A stretch of DNA of 63,541 bases, filler included, from Globobulimina sp. (GCA_003354225.1; 32 parts of 32 records of this genome joined end to end with filler, not necessarily neighbours in it), one strand, 5' to 3'. Counted from the whole stretch's first letter, positions 34,670 to 47,639 are shown. The notes: generated by a model not told the origin, from the letters alone. Numbers and translations: made by a program.

Positions 34670-35554
34670 GTGTATAATTATAATCAGGATGCTTACAAAC
34701 CGAATATGGTGGATGGTGGAGATAGAAAATCAACGGACACAGCAAGCGAAGCTGAGGATAATTTGATTATTTTATATATTTGTTGTCCGTGCTTAAACTG
34801 TAAAAAAAATGGTCCAACATTTGAGGATTTTCAACAGAGATTCATTAATGACATCGGACATAATAATGATAAATATGTTAAACAGCGAATGTTGAACAAA
34901 GTTAAACAAAGACGAAATAATAAATTGCAAAATAGCCAGCTATTAACTTGTAAACCATTGCACAAAGAACCAGAGACAGTGACAACAATGGCACCACATT
35001 CAACTGCAATTGAATTGGATATCGATGCAGATATTAATGAGAGAATAAATTTAGTTATATATAATTTTGAGAATTTATTGTTATTATCACCAAATTTGCT
35101 TTTTACAATCAATGTTTATGGTTCACTTAACGACATATGTCAGCCATTTGGTGGTGTGAATAGAGTGGGGATATTAGAAAAACATTTTAGTTTTGTATCA
35201 AACAAAGGGATTAAATTATGTTTGTTTAGTAATGGGATGAAATGTGAACATATTAAATGTATATTTAAAACAATGAATTTATTGCACAAATTTGATGAAA
35301 TTATAGGAAGTGATCATGTTTGGTTTAATAATAATGATAAAAATAAATTTAGTTTGATTTCATTGAATGAGAAATTATTGAAAATAACGACACAGTTTGA
35401 TGGAATATCTGCAAATAATGTATTGTATATAGACTCGGATGTAAATGCTGATAATGTGAAACGATGCAATGTATGTAATGTTTTTGGGATAAATACGTTG
35501 CATTATTTAAGTAACAATGACATAACAAATATTGAATATCTTATAAAAAAATGA
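34670..35554 (+). CDS. Degenerate HAD-superfamily-like protein
   Basis: LVIYNFENLL (DxD position degenerate), GIKLCLFSNG, KFDEIIGSD, VLYIDSD. Confidence 0.5.
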   Translation: MYNYNQDAYKPNMVDGGDRKSTDTASEAEDNLIILYICCPCLNCKKNGPTFEDFQQRFINDIGHNNDKYVKQRMLNKVKQRRNNKLQNSQLLTCKPLHKEPETVTTMAPHSTAIELDIDADINERINLVIYNFENLLLLSPNLLFTINVYGSLNDICQPFGGVNRVGILEKHFSFVSNKGIKLCLFSNGMKCEHIKCIFKTMNLLHKFDEIIGSDHVWFNNNDKNKFSLISLNEKLLKITTQFDGISANNVLYIDSDVNADNVKRCNVCNVFGINTLHYLSNNDITNIEYLIKK

Positions 35555-35866
35555 GGATCACTATGAGTAGGTTTATTTTTTGTAATGTTCTGTGATTTTC
35601 TAGTTAGTTAGGAAGAGGAAGTGGAAGAAGTTTTTAAGTTAATAATCAAGAAACATTCAAAAAACATTTTAACAATGGGCCCTAAAGCCAGTCAGTTACA
35701 TAATGTANNNNNNNNNNNNNNNNNNNNNNNNNNNNNNNNNNNNNNNNNNNNTTAATTAATTAANNNNNNNNNNNNNNNNNNNNNNNNNNNNNNNNNNNNN
35801 NNNNNNNTAATTATGTTTTTAATTCGCCGCTCATTAAATCGTTAACAAATTGTTTCTGTTGCAGAT

Positions 35867-37184
35867 ATGATGAGCATTGATGAAGATCACTCATTTCATT
35901 CGAATGAAAACTCAAAATCAGAAGATATCTATCCAGATGACAGTGCATCTGGATTTTATGGCAATTATTATGACGAAACATACGAGAAACAGACGGAAAT
36001 AGCACCACAAGAAACAGAAGTACAATCACAGGCAATTCAATTAGATTATGATACAACAATGCCATCATTATCTACTGTACGAAAGAATGCTGCTATTGCA
36101 TTATATGTATTTGACAGCGCAGAGCCTCATCCTAGAATAAGAATATTAGCAAACGAACCAAATGTTGTGTTTATAAAAACAACTTTCCATTCAGATAAAT
36201 ATATTGTTTCTAGCATCCAATCGATCAGAAACGATATAGAAAATATTAAACAATTATTAGAAAGTAAAAAATATATTCGATTGTTAATATCTGAAAGTGG
36301 TTTTGGTATCGGATCTGGTCTATGTTTAAAAGCACCAAAAACATGGATCGCATTCAAACATGCATTCACACATTTTTTTGATGCAAATTCAGTTAATTAC
36401 AATTCATGTTTTTTTTTTATAGTTTAATTATTATTTTTTTTACTTTCAGAAAAATGGATTATTTGAAACGAAATGGAAAGAATGGGAAAAAGAATGTAAA
36501 TTATATCATCAACAATTAACCCCAGAATTTAGCCATATTCATGAAAAGATGCGACGTAAAATTGAACAGAAACAAAATGAATGGAAACTTAGAGCTCATT
36601 TAGCATTTAAAAAGCAACAGCATCAAATTTCGGTATGTTCTATTTTTTTAATTCAGAGTTTGTTATTTTTTATATATTTGTTGTAGAATGAAAGAAGAAG
36701 AATTGATATAAAATTAATGGAACAAAGGAGGGAACTGAGACGAGAAAGAGCCAAAGAACGGCATTTGAATGAAAAGCATATTGAGATGAGAAGACACAAC
36801 GAATTATTAAAGATACAAAAAGCAATGGAACGACAGCATGCGGAAAAGAATAAAGATTTGGATTCACAGATGAATATTTTACATGATCGCATGCAATTAA
36901 ATAGGAAGGAAATTAAGAAAACTATTGCTTTAAAAGATATATCGCAAACAACACAAGACGTATTCACTGATTATACTAAGAATATTACAGCACGTCCAAG
37001 TGAAGAAAATGATATTTATAATATATCAAAATTGGAGAATTTATTACCAAATATGAATGAATTTGATGCTGTGGATAATAATAATGATGATAACTCTGTT
37101 GTAAATTTTTGGGATAAAATGAAGAAGATTGATGATGATATGCATGAAATGCAGGAAAAATTATATGTGCTAAAAAATCTATAA
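35867..37184 (+). CDS. Multi-exon hypothetical protein with C-terminal coiled coil
   Basis: ORFs 35867-36427 and 36717-37184, with an intervening exon (about 36450-36631) bounded by AG/GT. Confidence 0.6.
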
Positions 37185-37328
37185 TTTAAAATATTTGATT
37201 GTCTGACAAAATGTGCATATTAATTTGTTTGTGTGTTTGTTAATTCTCCGAACTGAGTCTAATGATTTTGAGTAGCGGCAGTTAAAAGATTTATTTTTAA
37301 GCTGTTTTACCGTCATCACACTAAAAAC

Positions 37329-37696
37329 ATGGCAGATTACCGTCGTTACACAAATGAAGTGACAGAAGAGAGATTAGCAAAAGTAACACAACGTTCATTA
37401 GATTTTTTTCGTCGTCAATTGAAAGAAAATGGGCAAATTGCAAATTACACAGATTTGGCAGAATATAGCAAGTTACCAAATGCATTAATTTATGGCGGAT
37501 ATCCAAATGATGCTAATCGTGTTTTAAATTTTATAATTGACACTATGTTTGATGCAAAGACTGGTGATTTTCGAACAAGCAAAGGATTGAAATCCTGGAA
37601 ATCAGCATTTGATGAATTTTATATTTACTGCAATGCGTGGATTATTCAGTCATTATTAATGTTGCGACGATTTGACATTGCTTATAAAGCTGGCTC
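37329..37696 (+). CDS. Hypothetical protein resembling a bacterial helical (alpha/alpha-barrel-like) family; 3' partial
   Basis: LKENGQI..DLAEYSKLPNAL..ANRVLNFI..GDFRT..FYIYCNAWII..RRFDIAY; resemblance from recall only. Confidence 0.5.
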
Positions 37697-37796
37697 NNNN
37701 NNNNNNNNNNNNNNNNNNNNNNNNNNNNNNNNNNNNNNNNTTAATTAATTAANNNNNNNNNNNNNNNNNNNNNNNNNNNNNNNNNNNNNNNNNNNN

Positions 37797-38579
37797 GCGC
37801 GCAAACTCAATGAATTCTTCTTTGGTAAACGCGTCCGAACGATATTGTGCTCGCAAGTCATTGATTAATTCTTCGACTTCATTTTGAAATATATTTTGTA
37901 CGTTTTTGCTATCTGTGTTTGATGAGTTATTATGTTTTAAGTTTATTTGCAATGAGTCTAACATTACATTTCTGATTTCTTGAATATCGACCAAACCGTC
38001 ACCATTTGCATCAAATATATTAAATGCTAAATCAAATCGTTGTTGCATCGATGCCCGCGGTGATAAATAAACTGCGGCTTCTACGAAATTCTCAAATGTT
38101 AGGTATAATTTTGGAAGTTCTAACATCGATCTTCGCATTGTATGTAAATGCAGTCCTTGTTGCTGTGTTTCGCCATACATTCGAGACCATTCCTGTAAGT
38201 CTTCAATGACAGAGGTGCGCGCACCACCGGTTGCTGGGTACAGTAATGCTAATTTACGCGCATAATTAAATGGTACATCATCCAAAACATCGTTGGTTCG
38301 AATATATGAGTATACGCCTTGTGCGATTTTGCATGATATTCCAAATGTTTCTGCACATTTGTCCAATGACATATATTTTTCCTGGAGGTCGCATCTCGAA
38401 AAAAATTCACGTGCTAACATTTGAACCTCCATTACATCGATGGGCAAAACGGGCAGAATTTGACGAAGACGACGTCCGCGGATTACTATTTGCGCAGCGA
38501 CAATTAATGATTGTTCTTTATTTATCATAGATTGTGCTGTTGATAACATTGAATTGGATCTATTAAATTGATTGTCCAT
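37797..38579 (-). CDS. EF-hand calcium-binding protein (calcineurin B/NCS-like C-terminal part); partial
   Basis: QRFDLAFNIFDANGDGLVDIQEI canonical EF-hand. Confidence 0.85.
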
Positions 38580-38921
38580 TTTGGATTTGCTTCTGTGTTA
38601 TGGAAATTTTCTGATGAGCTTATTTACGGCCCATAAGTTGGTAACTATGTTGACGTCAAAATCCGATTTAATAATTACACATTTAATAATTACCTGCGCA
38701 TTTAGTGTTTGTTTGGTAATAACAGTAAGCTTTACCTTATCATAAAATATCTTCTATTCCCAAAGAAAATGCATTGTAAATTCAGTATGTGATTCACAAT
38801 CATTATCATTGCACAATTACTTGAAACAACGTGTTTGTTCTCATGCTGAGCTATATTAATTTAATTGAGTTGTATGTTTTCAAATTAATGAGAATATATT
38901 TTACTCTGCGCTGAAGAATTA

Positions 38922-39685
38922 ATGCGTCTTAATCATGTCCGAAATAGTAGCAGGCGATTACACAAGCTATGGCTCATTCAGTCTGCATTAATTACCACGA
39001 CAGCACCAACCATAAACAAATCCATTCAGAAAGCAATTTACAATGCCAATTCGTCAAAAGAAATTGCGGATGTTTGTTTTTTGAAAATGAATAATATTTA
39101 TCATTCTTCTATTTATGGAAAAGCTTTAAAACAATGCATCTCACACTCAAATACATACAATGACCTTGAAACAGTAAATAATATAATAAAGATAATGGAC
39201 ATAATGTTATTTCAAAATGAGATATTATTCATTCCAATCAATGATATAATTGAATTTAACATTTTCTTTGATATTATGGTCAAATATGATAAACTCGAGA
39301 TCTGTGAGAAATATTTTGATTTAATGATAAATAAACATAAATTAGTACCAAATATTGTAATATTTTCGACATTGATCAAAAGTACACGATCTCAATGCAA
39401 ATATAAGTTGGCGGAGAAATATTGGGATTTAATGACAAATAAATATCAAATAACACCAAATAATATTGTTTGCACTGAAATGATTTCTGTTTATTCCTAC
39501 TCGCATAAGAAAGAAAGAGCAGTGCAATTATTTAGTAAATATCAACATTTATCAGATATTAAAATGTTGAGTGCTTATTTGAGTGTATTTTGTCGGATCG
39601 GTGATATTTATGAAATGAAAAACGTTTTAAAAATAATAAAACAAAAACGATTTAAATATGATATAGCAATTTATGCCGATATTAT
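38922..39685 (+). CDS. Pentatricopeptide repeat protein with putative mitochondrial presequence; 3' partial
   Basis: PNIVIFSTLIKS..LAEKYWDLM..ITPNNIVCTEMISVY; Arg-rich N-terminus. Confidence 0.88.
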
Positions 39686-39785
39686 NNNNNNNNNNNNNNN
39701 NNNNNNNNNNNNNNNNNNNNNNNNNNNNNTTAATTAATTAANNNNNNNNNNNNNNNNNNNNNNNNNNNNNNNNNNNNNNNNNNNN

Positions 39786-40352
39786 ATCCAATGTCATTTT
39801 GAATGGTAATTTTATAATATTTAATTTATTTGCAATCTGTTGAGCAGTAAATGATTCCACATTGTTTGAATTAATTTCGATAATTTTACAATTCGTTACA
39901 AATCCATCATTATATTCCCGTGATGTTTCTGATGTTTTTACTACATAAATACCTTTGTTTCGTTTTGATTTTAATTTTAAATTATTTATACGATGTGATA
40001 TTTTTATAATATGTTCGTTTTTTAAACACGAATCACAGATTCGAACTAATTGTTTTGTGTTAAAATCAAATCGTTTCTGAGCTGAACAATTATCACAAAC
40101 TTTCTTCTCACACCGACGACAGGTTCGTCTTCTATGTCTTTTACGAACTCCTATAATAAATAGAATGTACTATGTATTATTTCTTTTCACATATATGTGA
40201 TCGTACAAATACCGAAGGATTTTTTGCAAATAGCACAGGAGGTCTGTGGTCAAAAAAGTTGATTAATTATTTGGTGTTTCACATATTTGGGAATTTGCAT
40301 TAACTTCAGTGCTTAGATGCAGATCGTCGCTTGACCATGGTTTAGAAGCCAT
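39786..40352 (-). CDS. FYVE-like zinc finger protein; spliced, 3' partial
   Basis: MASKPWSSD..TCAICKKSF|GVRKRHRRRTCRRCEKKVCDNCS..VRICDSC; not in the ORF track because of two short introns. Confidence 0.8.
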
Positions 40353-40385
40353 TTTCGTGATGTTTTTTTAAAGCAACCTTGAAAC

Positions 40386-41135
40386 ATGTCGTCACTGTTT
40401 TATTTGCGTCTAATTGGCAGACCCACAACATACAGAACAATAATAAATTATCATGCAATGCGATTTAAATCCAAAAAGGGACCCAGTTTGGTGCACAATG
40501 ATGGCGGGAATCAACGATGGATTGGAACCTATCGGCGATTGCCACCAATTGTGTACCAAATACCATTTATCATTGCTTTTGCATTCATATTTTATGTATC
40601 ATTTGATTGGATAGCACCATACATAAAGCCAGATATTTTTGAAGAGGAAGAAAGGAGAATGAAAGAAAAATTATTATTACGTATTGACCAATATTTAGAT
40701 TGGAATGGACAGAGAGAGGATGTAATTTGTTTAGAATCAGGATTGCAAATGAAAAAAATCAACAGAAAATCTATCATTGGGACTAAAAAACCGACGCTAA
40801 ATGATACGATCACGGTGCATTACCAGGGACAATATATTGACGGAATAGAATTTGATAATTCAATTGAAAAAAATAGACCAGTTTCTGTAAAAGTCGATTC
40901 TTTGATCGATGGCTTGCGAGAAGGTGTACAGTATATGAATGAAGGTGATATCTATGAATTTTACATACATCCAAAACTAGGATATGGCTATAATACATTG
41001 GACAAATCGCCCGGTGAGATTGGTGTGAAAGAGAATTCTGTGCTAGTGTACAGTCTTAAATTGTTAAGACTTTTAGATGATCATCATGATATAACTGGTT
41101 CTGATCAAACACAAAATATCACTCTCTTCACTTGA
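40386..41135 (+). CDS. Mip/FklB-type FKBP peptidyl-prolyl isomerase with presequence and TM anchor
   Basis: LESGLQMK..KPTLNDTITVHYQG..GIEFDNS..LIDGLREGVQYM..IHPKLGYG..NSVLVYSLKLL. Confidence 0.9.
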   Translation: MSSLFYLRLIGRPTTYRTIINYHAMRFKSKKGPSLVHNDGGNQRWIGTYRRLPPIVYQIPFIIAFAFIFYVSFDWIAPYIKPDIFEEEERRMKEKLLLRIDQYLDWNGQREDVICLESGLQMKKINRKSIIGTKKPTLNDTITVHYQGQYIDGIEFDNSIEKNRPVSVKVDSLIDGLREGVQYMNEGDIYEFYIHPKLGYGYNTLDKSPGEIGVKENSVLVYSLKLLRLLDDHHDITGSDQTQNITLFT

Positions 41136-41269
41136 TACTAAATACATATAATATTTTACACATGTTTATAACTGAATTTTCCAACAATTTCTGGATGAAA
41201 AACAGCACAAAATAAACGATTATATTTACATTTTTAACAAAACAACAACAAAAAAACATATTTAATTCG

Positions 41270-41674
41270 TTATTGGACAGCATTATTATTACCATTTTGT
41301 TTCTGTTTTCTTATTTTTTTGAGTCTTTGTTTTGTATTCATTTTATACTTATTATCATGCTCATTATTATCAGATTGATGATGAATGATTGTTGGTCGAA
41401 TATAGTTATTTATCCAATTATGATTCCATTCTAATATCAATACACTCCCAGCCCTTAATTCTTCATTCATAGACATTGTACAATTTAAACCTAAAACCGT
41501 ATCACACCAAAAACTTAAGGTATCTAAAGATGGAATATCACCAAAATCAAACATCCATTCTAATTTCATATAATCCAAACTATTAAAATTAAAATTATAA
41601 TTATAATTACTACTATTAATACCTATAAACGTAGGTTGTTGCTGTTGTTGTGTTTGCAATAAATTTGAAATTGG
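41270..41674 (-). CDS. C-terminal fragment of a hypothetical protein
   Basis: Frame open from the contig edge to TAA 41270. Confidence 0.5.
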   Translation of the reverse strand, partial: PISNLLQTQQQQQPTFIGINSSNYNYNFNFNSLDYMKLEWMFDFGDIPSLDTLSFWCDTVLGLNCTMSMNEELRAGSVLILEWNHNWINNYIRPTIIHHQSDNNEHDNKYKMNTKQRLKKIRKQKQNGNNNAVQ

Positions 41675-42565
41675 NNNNNNNNNNNNNNNNNNNNNNNNNN
41701 NNNNNNNNNNNNNNNNNNTTAATTAATTAANNNNNNNNNNNNNNNNNNNNNNNNNNNNNNNNNNNNNNNNNNNNGCATGTTTGTTTTTGCATTTTGTCAT
41801 ATACACAAAAATATATACACAAAAAATGCTATTGTTTTATAAAAAAAAATGCGACTGAAGTTTGTAATTAATTAAATTACACACAAACGTCAATCAAACA
41901 CATACAATCACTAATATTTATATTTGCAACAATTGCTATAAAAATAAAATCATGCAACAATAAAATCTAACCAGTTTGCGAATATACAGCAGGAAATATT
42001 TACAAATGTTGATTTTCTTTAAGCTTCTTTTTTATTAATAATATCTGATTGAATCTTTGTAATTGTTGAAATTTGAGTCATTTGACCAGAATGAGGATTG
42101 GTTTTAAATTGCTTAAACAATAATGTTTTAATTAATTCTCTTCCTGCAACAGATTTATTAACACCAAATTGCGGCCGATTATACAATTCATTATCAGTCG
42201 ATTGAGCATCAAAATATCGAAATCTAATCAAAGGAACGAATGCCATGCTGACTAACGTCAATTTCAGGTATGATATATTCTTGGAACGGTTTCAGGTTGT
42301 TATTAACTTGAAATTGCTGACTCTGTGATGGCGTGAGTAAGTTTTAAATTTAACGTTTTATTTAGTTACGTTATGTAGCAGCTAGTGGACTAGGTAATAG
42401 GTTATAATTAGCATACGGAGTTTAGGAAGACAATTAAGGGGTGGTTCCTTGCTTGAATATCTGAAACGATCCCAATACAATCCACTTAGACTCCATCCCA
42501 ATCAAAGTCGAGCCTTTTTGAGTAAGTTTCTTATAAACCTCTATATTTACCTCAACATCACGACC

Positions 42566-43663
42566 ATGTCACAACAGGATTCCCCAGTAGTTCCAACAGC
42601 TTGTCCTGAAACACCACTGATTTTAACTAAGCGTTTTACTTACACTCCCAACACATCACCAAGCGATATCCCTTCGCGAGTGCGTTCACGTTCTTTACCT
42701 TTATGCCATGTTGAAACTATCACTGATAAAATACCAGACTCACCATTCCGGATTCATGCACCAAATGTAGATTCAATCAAAACCTGTATCACAGAATCCA
42801 TTGGTTCACAAAGACACTTAATATTACCACAATTTGTCGAATTGATGAGCAAGATTGCACCGCACGTGAACGCCACCGATATATTCCATCGTATGGACAA
42901 ATTCCACAGCGGACAAATCGCAACAAACACACTATTAAACGACGAATTTTTAGCACGGATGCTTTTGGTATGTTATCTGTTTCTTAATAGTCAGTCAGAC
43001 ACTTATTCCAAATAACGTTCACATTCAGAATTCATACGTAGAATATACTGATCATGACAGCGAATCATCAGACACCATCAACAACGATGAATTTAATCAC
43101 ATTTCAGCGCAGACTGAGGCTGAAATTGAATACAACAAATTACAAAAATGGATTATGTGCAATGGAGAACCGGCAATCGCCCGCGTCAAAGAATTGGAAG
43201 CAATGATCAAAGTGTATGAAAACGACAGGAATAACCAACAAATTCAATACAGTCAACAGCAGGAAAATTTGGCAGAATTAAGGAACACCGAAACCGATTT
43301 AAAGCAGAAATTATCCATTTCCTCCAAGTTATTATTAATCGAAGCTGAGTCCGCTGACTCTGACAATAATCGACTCTCTCTCGAAGATGCGGTGGAAGCG
43401 TATGAAAATAAGTTGACGTCGAAGCAGAAACTGCTTTGTTTAGCGGAGGAACAGGTCCAAGAAATGAAGATGTTGAATGTCGAATATTTGACACAAAATC
43501 AGCAGTTACAGGTAAAGACTAAGAGCTTGCAACAGGAAAAAAAGGAGTTACAAAAAGCCATTCTCGCGTTGGAGAACGAGGAAATGATTCGCGATCAACA
43601 ACACTTTGTCGAAAACCGCAGGATGAAGAACCAAATCAATGCTTTGAAGTCGGAATTAGATAA
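42566..43663 (+). CDS. Coiled-coil protein with degenerate EF-hand; spliced, 3' partial
   Basis: IFHRMDKFHSGQI; intron at about 42968-43029; long E/Q/K heptad region. Confidence 0.65.
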
Positions 43664-43763
43664 NNNNNNNNNNNNNNNNNNNNNNNNNNNNNNNNNNNNN
43701 NNNNNNNTTAATTAATTAANNNNNNNNNNNNNNNNNNNNNNNNNNNNNNNNNNNNNNNNNNNN

Positions 43764-44166
43764 TTATGCATATATATTTGTGCGTGAAGGATGGGATTGG
43801 TGGGGGCCGACCTGCTTTCATGATTTTACTAAACAATTAGTTGGACATAATAACTATTATTATAATAATACCTGTGTTCTAAATAATGGTACAATGGTTA
43901 ATGGTAAGCAATCAGTAACAATTGGTTATGGGAAATGGGAAGGATGTGATGATGGTGGAATTGCATACAACACATCAGATTTTGATACATGGACAATACT
44001 TTACAACAATACAATTTATATTCAAGATCAAGATATTGGTTTATGTAATATGACAGAGAAAATGTTTCAGTTACGAACATCTTTAGATCTTGGAACAATT
44101 ATTTATAAAAATCTACCAAATGATCAAGACTTGTTGAATCAGGCACAAAATATGTTGTGGATATAA
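43764..44166 (+). CDS. C-terminus of a probable secreted beta-helix-like protein; 5' partial
   Basis: GHNNYYYNNTCVL..LYNNTIY pattern; open from the contig edge. Confidence 0.45.
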
Positions 44167-44282
44167 AATAATATATTAGTTACACTAGCATTTATTCGAC
44201 ACAGACCATATATACTAAGCTTCGACACTAAAACAGCGTAAACCATGGCGTCAACGTAAACAATGATATCTGGAGATTATAT

Positions 44283-44946
44283 ATGGCACTTTTACTATTA
44301 CTCGTATTTATTATCACCACCTTTGAAACAAATGGACTTCATCGTCTATTAAAAAGAAAGAACATAGGTAAATATCGTGTGTTTTATATTGTGATCACAA
44401 ATAAATAATATATGTTTAACAATATGTGAAGGAAATCAATATAGAATTAAACAACGCAATCCTAGGCAATATATGTATCATAAACAATATGTCAAGAATG
44501 TGTATAGACATAATATCTACGAATACAGTGCTAAAAATGTGAAATATGGTAAAGCTTTAGAAGGAGATGTAAATTCATTGAGTGATAAGACCCAATTAAC
44601 TGCCTTCCTTTTATCACTGTTTTTTTTTGGTGCTGGCAGAATATATGTTGGTCATTATATAGTTGGATCCATTCAGCTGTTTTTGATCCAATCATTACTA
44701 ATATTAATGGGTATTACCACTATTTTTTCATGTTTTTTTAAGTTCGGCACTTCAACGAACCAATTGCAAAATGAAGAGCTACGGCCGCCACCCCCACCAA
44801 CAGCAAACATCAGACAATTGATGTTGTTATCAATATTTTGGGTGCCATTGGCCTTAATAGTATTTATTTGGTGGATTCATGACATTGCTTGTTTTGCAAT
44901 GAATAACATCACCGACGCAAATGGATTACCACTGCAATCATGGTGA
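44283..44946 (+). CDS. TM2 domain protein with signal peptide; intron 44368-44431
   Basis: KTQLTAFLLSLFFFGAGRIYVGH..WWIHDIACFAMNNITDANGLPL. Confidence 0.9.
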
Positions 44947-45404
44947 GGCAGTGCAAGGACATGGCATTCTAAAAACATTGAAATTCAAAATATAATACTT
45001 TCTTAAAAAAATTGCGTTGTTAATGTAGAATTTGTGTATTTTTTTTTGTGTTAATGTACATTCTTATTAAATCCAACCATACACAACAACATTTTAACTC
45101 GGACTTAATTCCAAGTGATTAATTGCGAGCAAATTATTCAAAAAAAAATGAGCGATTAAAATTACTTTTACTGTTTTACAATATTTTATGATGAATTATA
45201 AATCAACCATTTGAACTCGATCACTCTCTGAAGGCAAAATCAATCCATATTCATCACCAATATTATCAACACTTTTCAACACTGCACAATGTGAATTTTT
45301 TATGATATGTAAGACGAGCCATGTTCTCTCCTCATTCGTTAAAACATTTTTTAAAATATTAACAGTCGCTATATTCCATTGTTGATGACAAAGTGTTCGC
45401 GGTT

Positions 45405-45570
45405 CTGTTTCAATATCGATTATTGTTGTTAGTTCTTTTATTGGCTTACTAGTTGTTTTTATTGTAATGCGATCTCCGAGATGTATTCCTTTCTCTTCTG
45501 CTGTTTTGTCATTGAGCATTGCTACTGGAAGTCCTGCAGACCATTTTAGAAGTTTAATTTTTAGTTTCAT
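45405..45570 (-). CDS. Archaeal (DPANN-like) AMP/thymidine phosphorylase N-terminus fused to unrelated sequence
   Basis: MKLKIKLLKWSAGLPVAMLNDKTAEEKGIHLGDRITIKT..ELTTIID; preceded by an AGGTGA Shine-Dalgarno and a closely spaced upstream ORF end (YNTITGEWVEIKIGGDYKFSL*). Confidence 0.75.
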
Positions 45571-45572
45571 AA

Positions 45573-45578
45573 TCACCT
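45573..45578 (-). promoter_or_regulatory. Archaeal-type Shine-Dalgarno (AGGTGA)
   Basis: Minus strand reads ..taaTAGGTGAttATGAAACTA. Confidence 0.7.
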
Positions 45579-45751
45579 ATTAATCTTATAGAGAAAACTT
45601 ATAATCACCACCTATCTTGATCTCTACCCACTCACCAGTTATTGTATTATANNNNNNNNNNNNNNNNNNNNNNNNNNNNNNNNNNNNNNNNNNNNTTAAT
45701 TAATTAANNNNNNNNNNNNNNNNNNNNNNNNNNNNNNNNNNNNNNNNNNNN

Positions 45752-47141
45752 TGTTTCCCGCGGTGTGATACTATTCTGCTTGGCCATGCTGCCGATTCCA
45801 ATGGGCCATATTTTTTATAACATCTGCACCGATAAAAGAAGAAAAATGCGCACTGATTCAAGTTTAGGCGAAGAAAGGCCGCATTTCATTCAATCAAAAG
45901 TTGCTTTGTCGTTAGCACTGTTGTTGTACGCCGCCTATGTGACAATGACGTCCTATGACACGATCGGCAAATACACAAATCTGGGCTTTACGACATCATT
46001 TTGCAAACTTGAATATGTAATATCTGGCTACATTTTCATCACTGCCAAAGCATTGCTGTATAATTATTTTATCCTTCGTGCAAATGACACCTTTTACAAC
46101 ACTGCGTATCAATTTAGTCCATGCTTTGTTCAGTCTGTCCTTCCCATTGAATTAATATTTCTATTCGCTTTTATGTTCCCTATTCTGTATTGGTTGCTAT
46201 ATTTCACAAACTTCTCCGTTCAATCCACGCCATACAATAACGGAGAAATTTGTGTTTTGCATTTCGCCAAAAATATAAATGCTCGCCGCATCTTACAAAT
46301 CCTATTTGCTATCGGCGGCTCTCTCGAAATTTTAATCTCCTGCATCACGCTCTTCTTATTATTCAATAAATTGATTATTATCATACAATCAACCACAAAA
46401 AATATCGATCAATATACAACAAAGAAAAATGCGAATTTAATGGCTGTGGATGAATGTGATCAAAGGTCGTTAATCATGAACTTGAGGTACATTCATATGC
46501 ATATTTCATATGGTACTTGTGTTATATTTGATGTATATTTCAGTGTGAATTCAATTAAAGATGAAGCGCAAAGCAACAGCGGTCATACAAATACAACATT
46601 TGTAGCGGATCGCATTGTTGATTTTCACACAGAAACGCGGAATAATAATGCTTTGTTATTGCTGATTACCAAATTGTTGACGTTATTAATTGTTCAGATC
46701 ATAGGAATTATCATATCAATGACCGTTTTTTTAGTAACAGAGATGATTTGGTTTGGTTATGTTCTGGATTCAATTTGCGATATTTACTGTTTGTGGTTAA
46801 CATTTAAATTCGCAGAAAGATATTATTATGAATGCTTTTGCGGTATTAAATGTACGCAATGCTTGTTTCCGTTTGTTAAAACCTGTGCTATTTCAGTGAG
46901 ATATTCATGCTGCGATTGCTGTATTGATAATGGCTATTTGTATATTGATGATTTTGATGGATCGCCAAGATATTATCCAGTTTGTAGATGTTGTTGGTGC
47001 TTATTTTGTTGCACCAGATGTTATAAAATAAAAGATAAAAAAAGGAGAATATACAAATGTGTGAAAGGTGAAATGAATATATTATTATCCACAAAATTGG
47101 CTCATAAACCAAGGACTGATCAGGATGTGTGGAATCAATAG
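45752..47141 (+). CDS. Putative 7TM (GPCR-like) protein with Cys-rich tail; 5' partial
   Basis: Seven hydrophobic segments, Cys at the top of TM3 and in the following extracellular loop; probable in-frame intron at about 46487-46543. Confidence 0.75.
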
Positions 47142-47233
47142 TATCTGTGATATAAAATACTACAAAACAATTTAAAAATAAGTGTTTCTCAAAATTTTGT
47201 GTTTCTTGTAATTGACTTAAGTGACTTAAAGCA

Positions 47234-47639
47234 ATGGCGTCAACTAATCTGGATGTTGTCACCAAAGCACCACCAAGGCAATCTGAACAAGACAATGTAT
47301 TATATTCTTCAAACGACCCATGTCAAATACAAGAATGGTATCCAGCATTGGAAAAGTTTACCTTCAAAACAAAAGTTATCCAACTGACACCGCAACAAGC
47401 ATCTGCATTGAAAAACGCTTCCCAACATTTCAAAATGCATAAACAATGTACGCATGTTTCGTACGTGTTACACATCTAACTCTAAACATTTATGATATGC
47501 ATAGATATCAAATACGCAAAGACACAAAAGTCCGCAACAGAAGAATTGGAGTTAAATTTTGATATAAACATATTGCTAAATTCAATGAAAACACTTGGAA
47601 ACGATCTGAATAATACCGATAGTAAAAATGACTATGAAT
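47234..47639 (+). CDS. Cdc123/D123-like protein N-terminus; spliced, 3' partial
   Basis: CQIQEWYPALEKFTFKTKVIQL matches the Cdc123 WYxxF/LxxxTFxS/T motif. Confidence 0.6.

Noticed and set aside
45196..45576. 126-aa ORF as a genuine fusion protein
   Set aside because: The archaeal-like part ends abruptly near 45405; the in-frame continuation is best explained by a chimeric junction.
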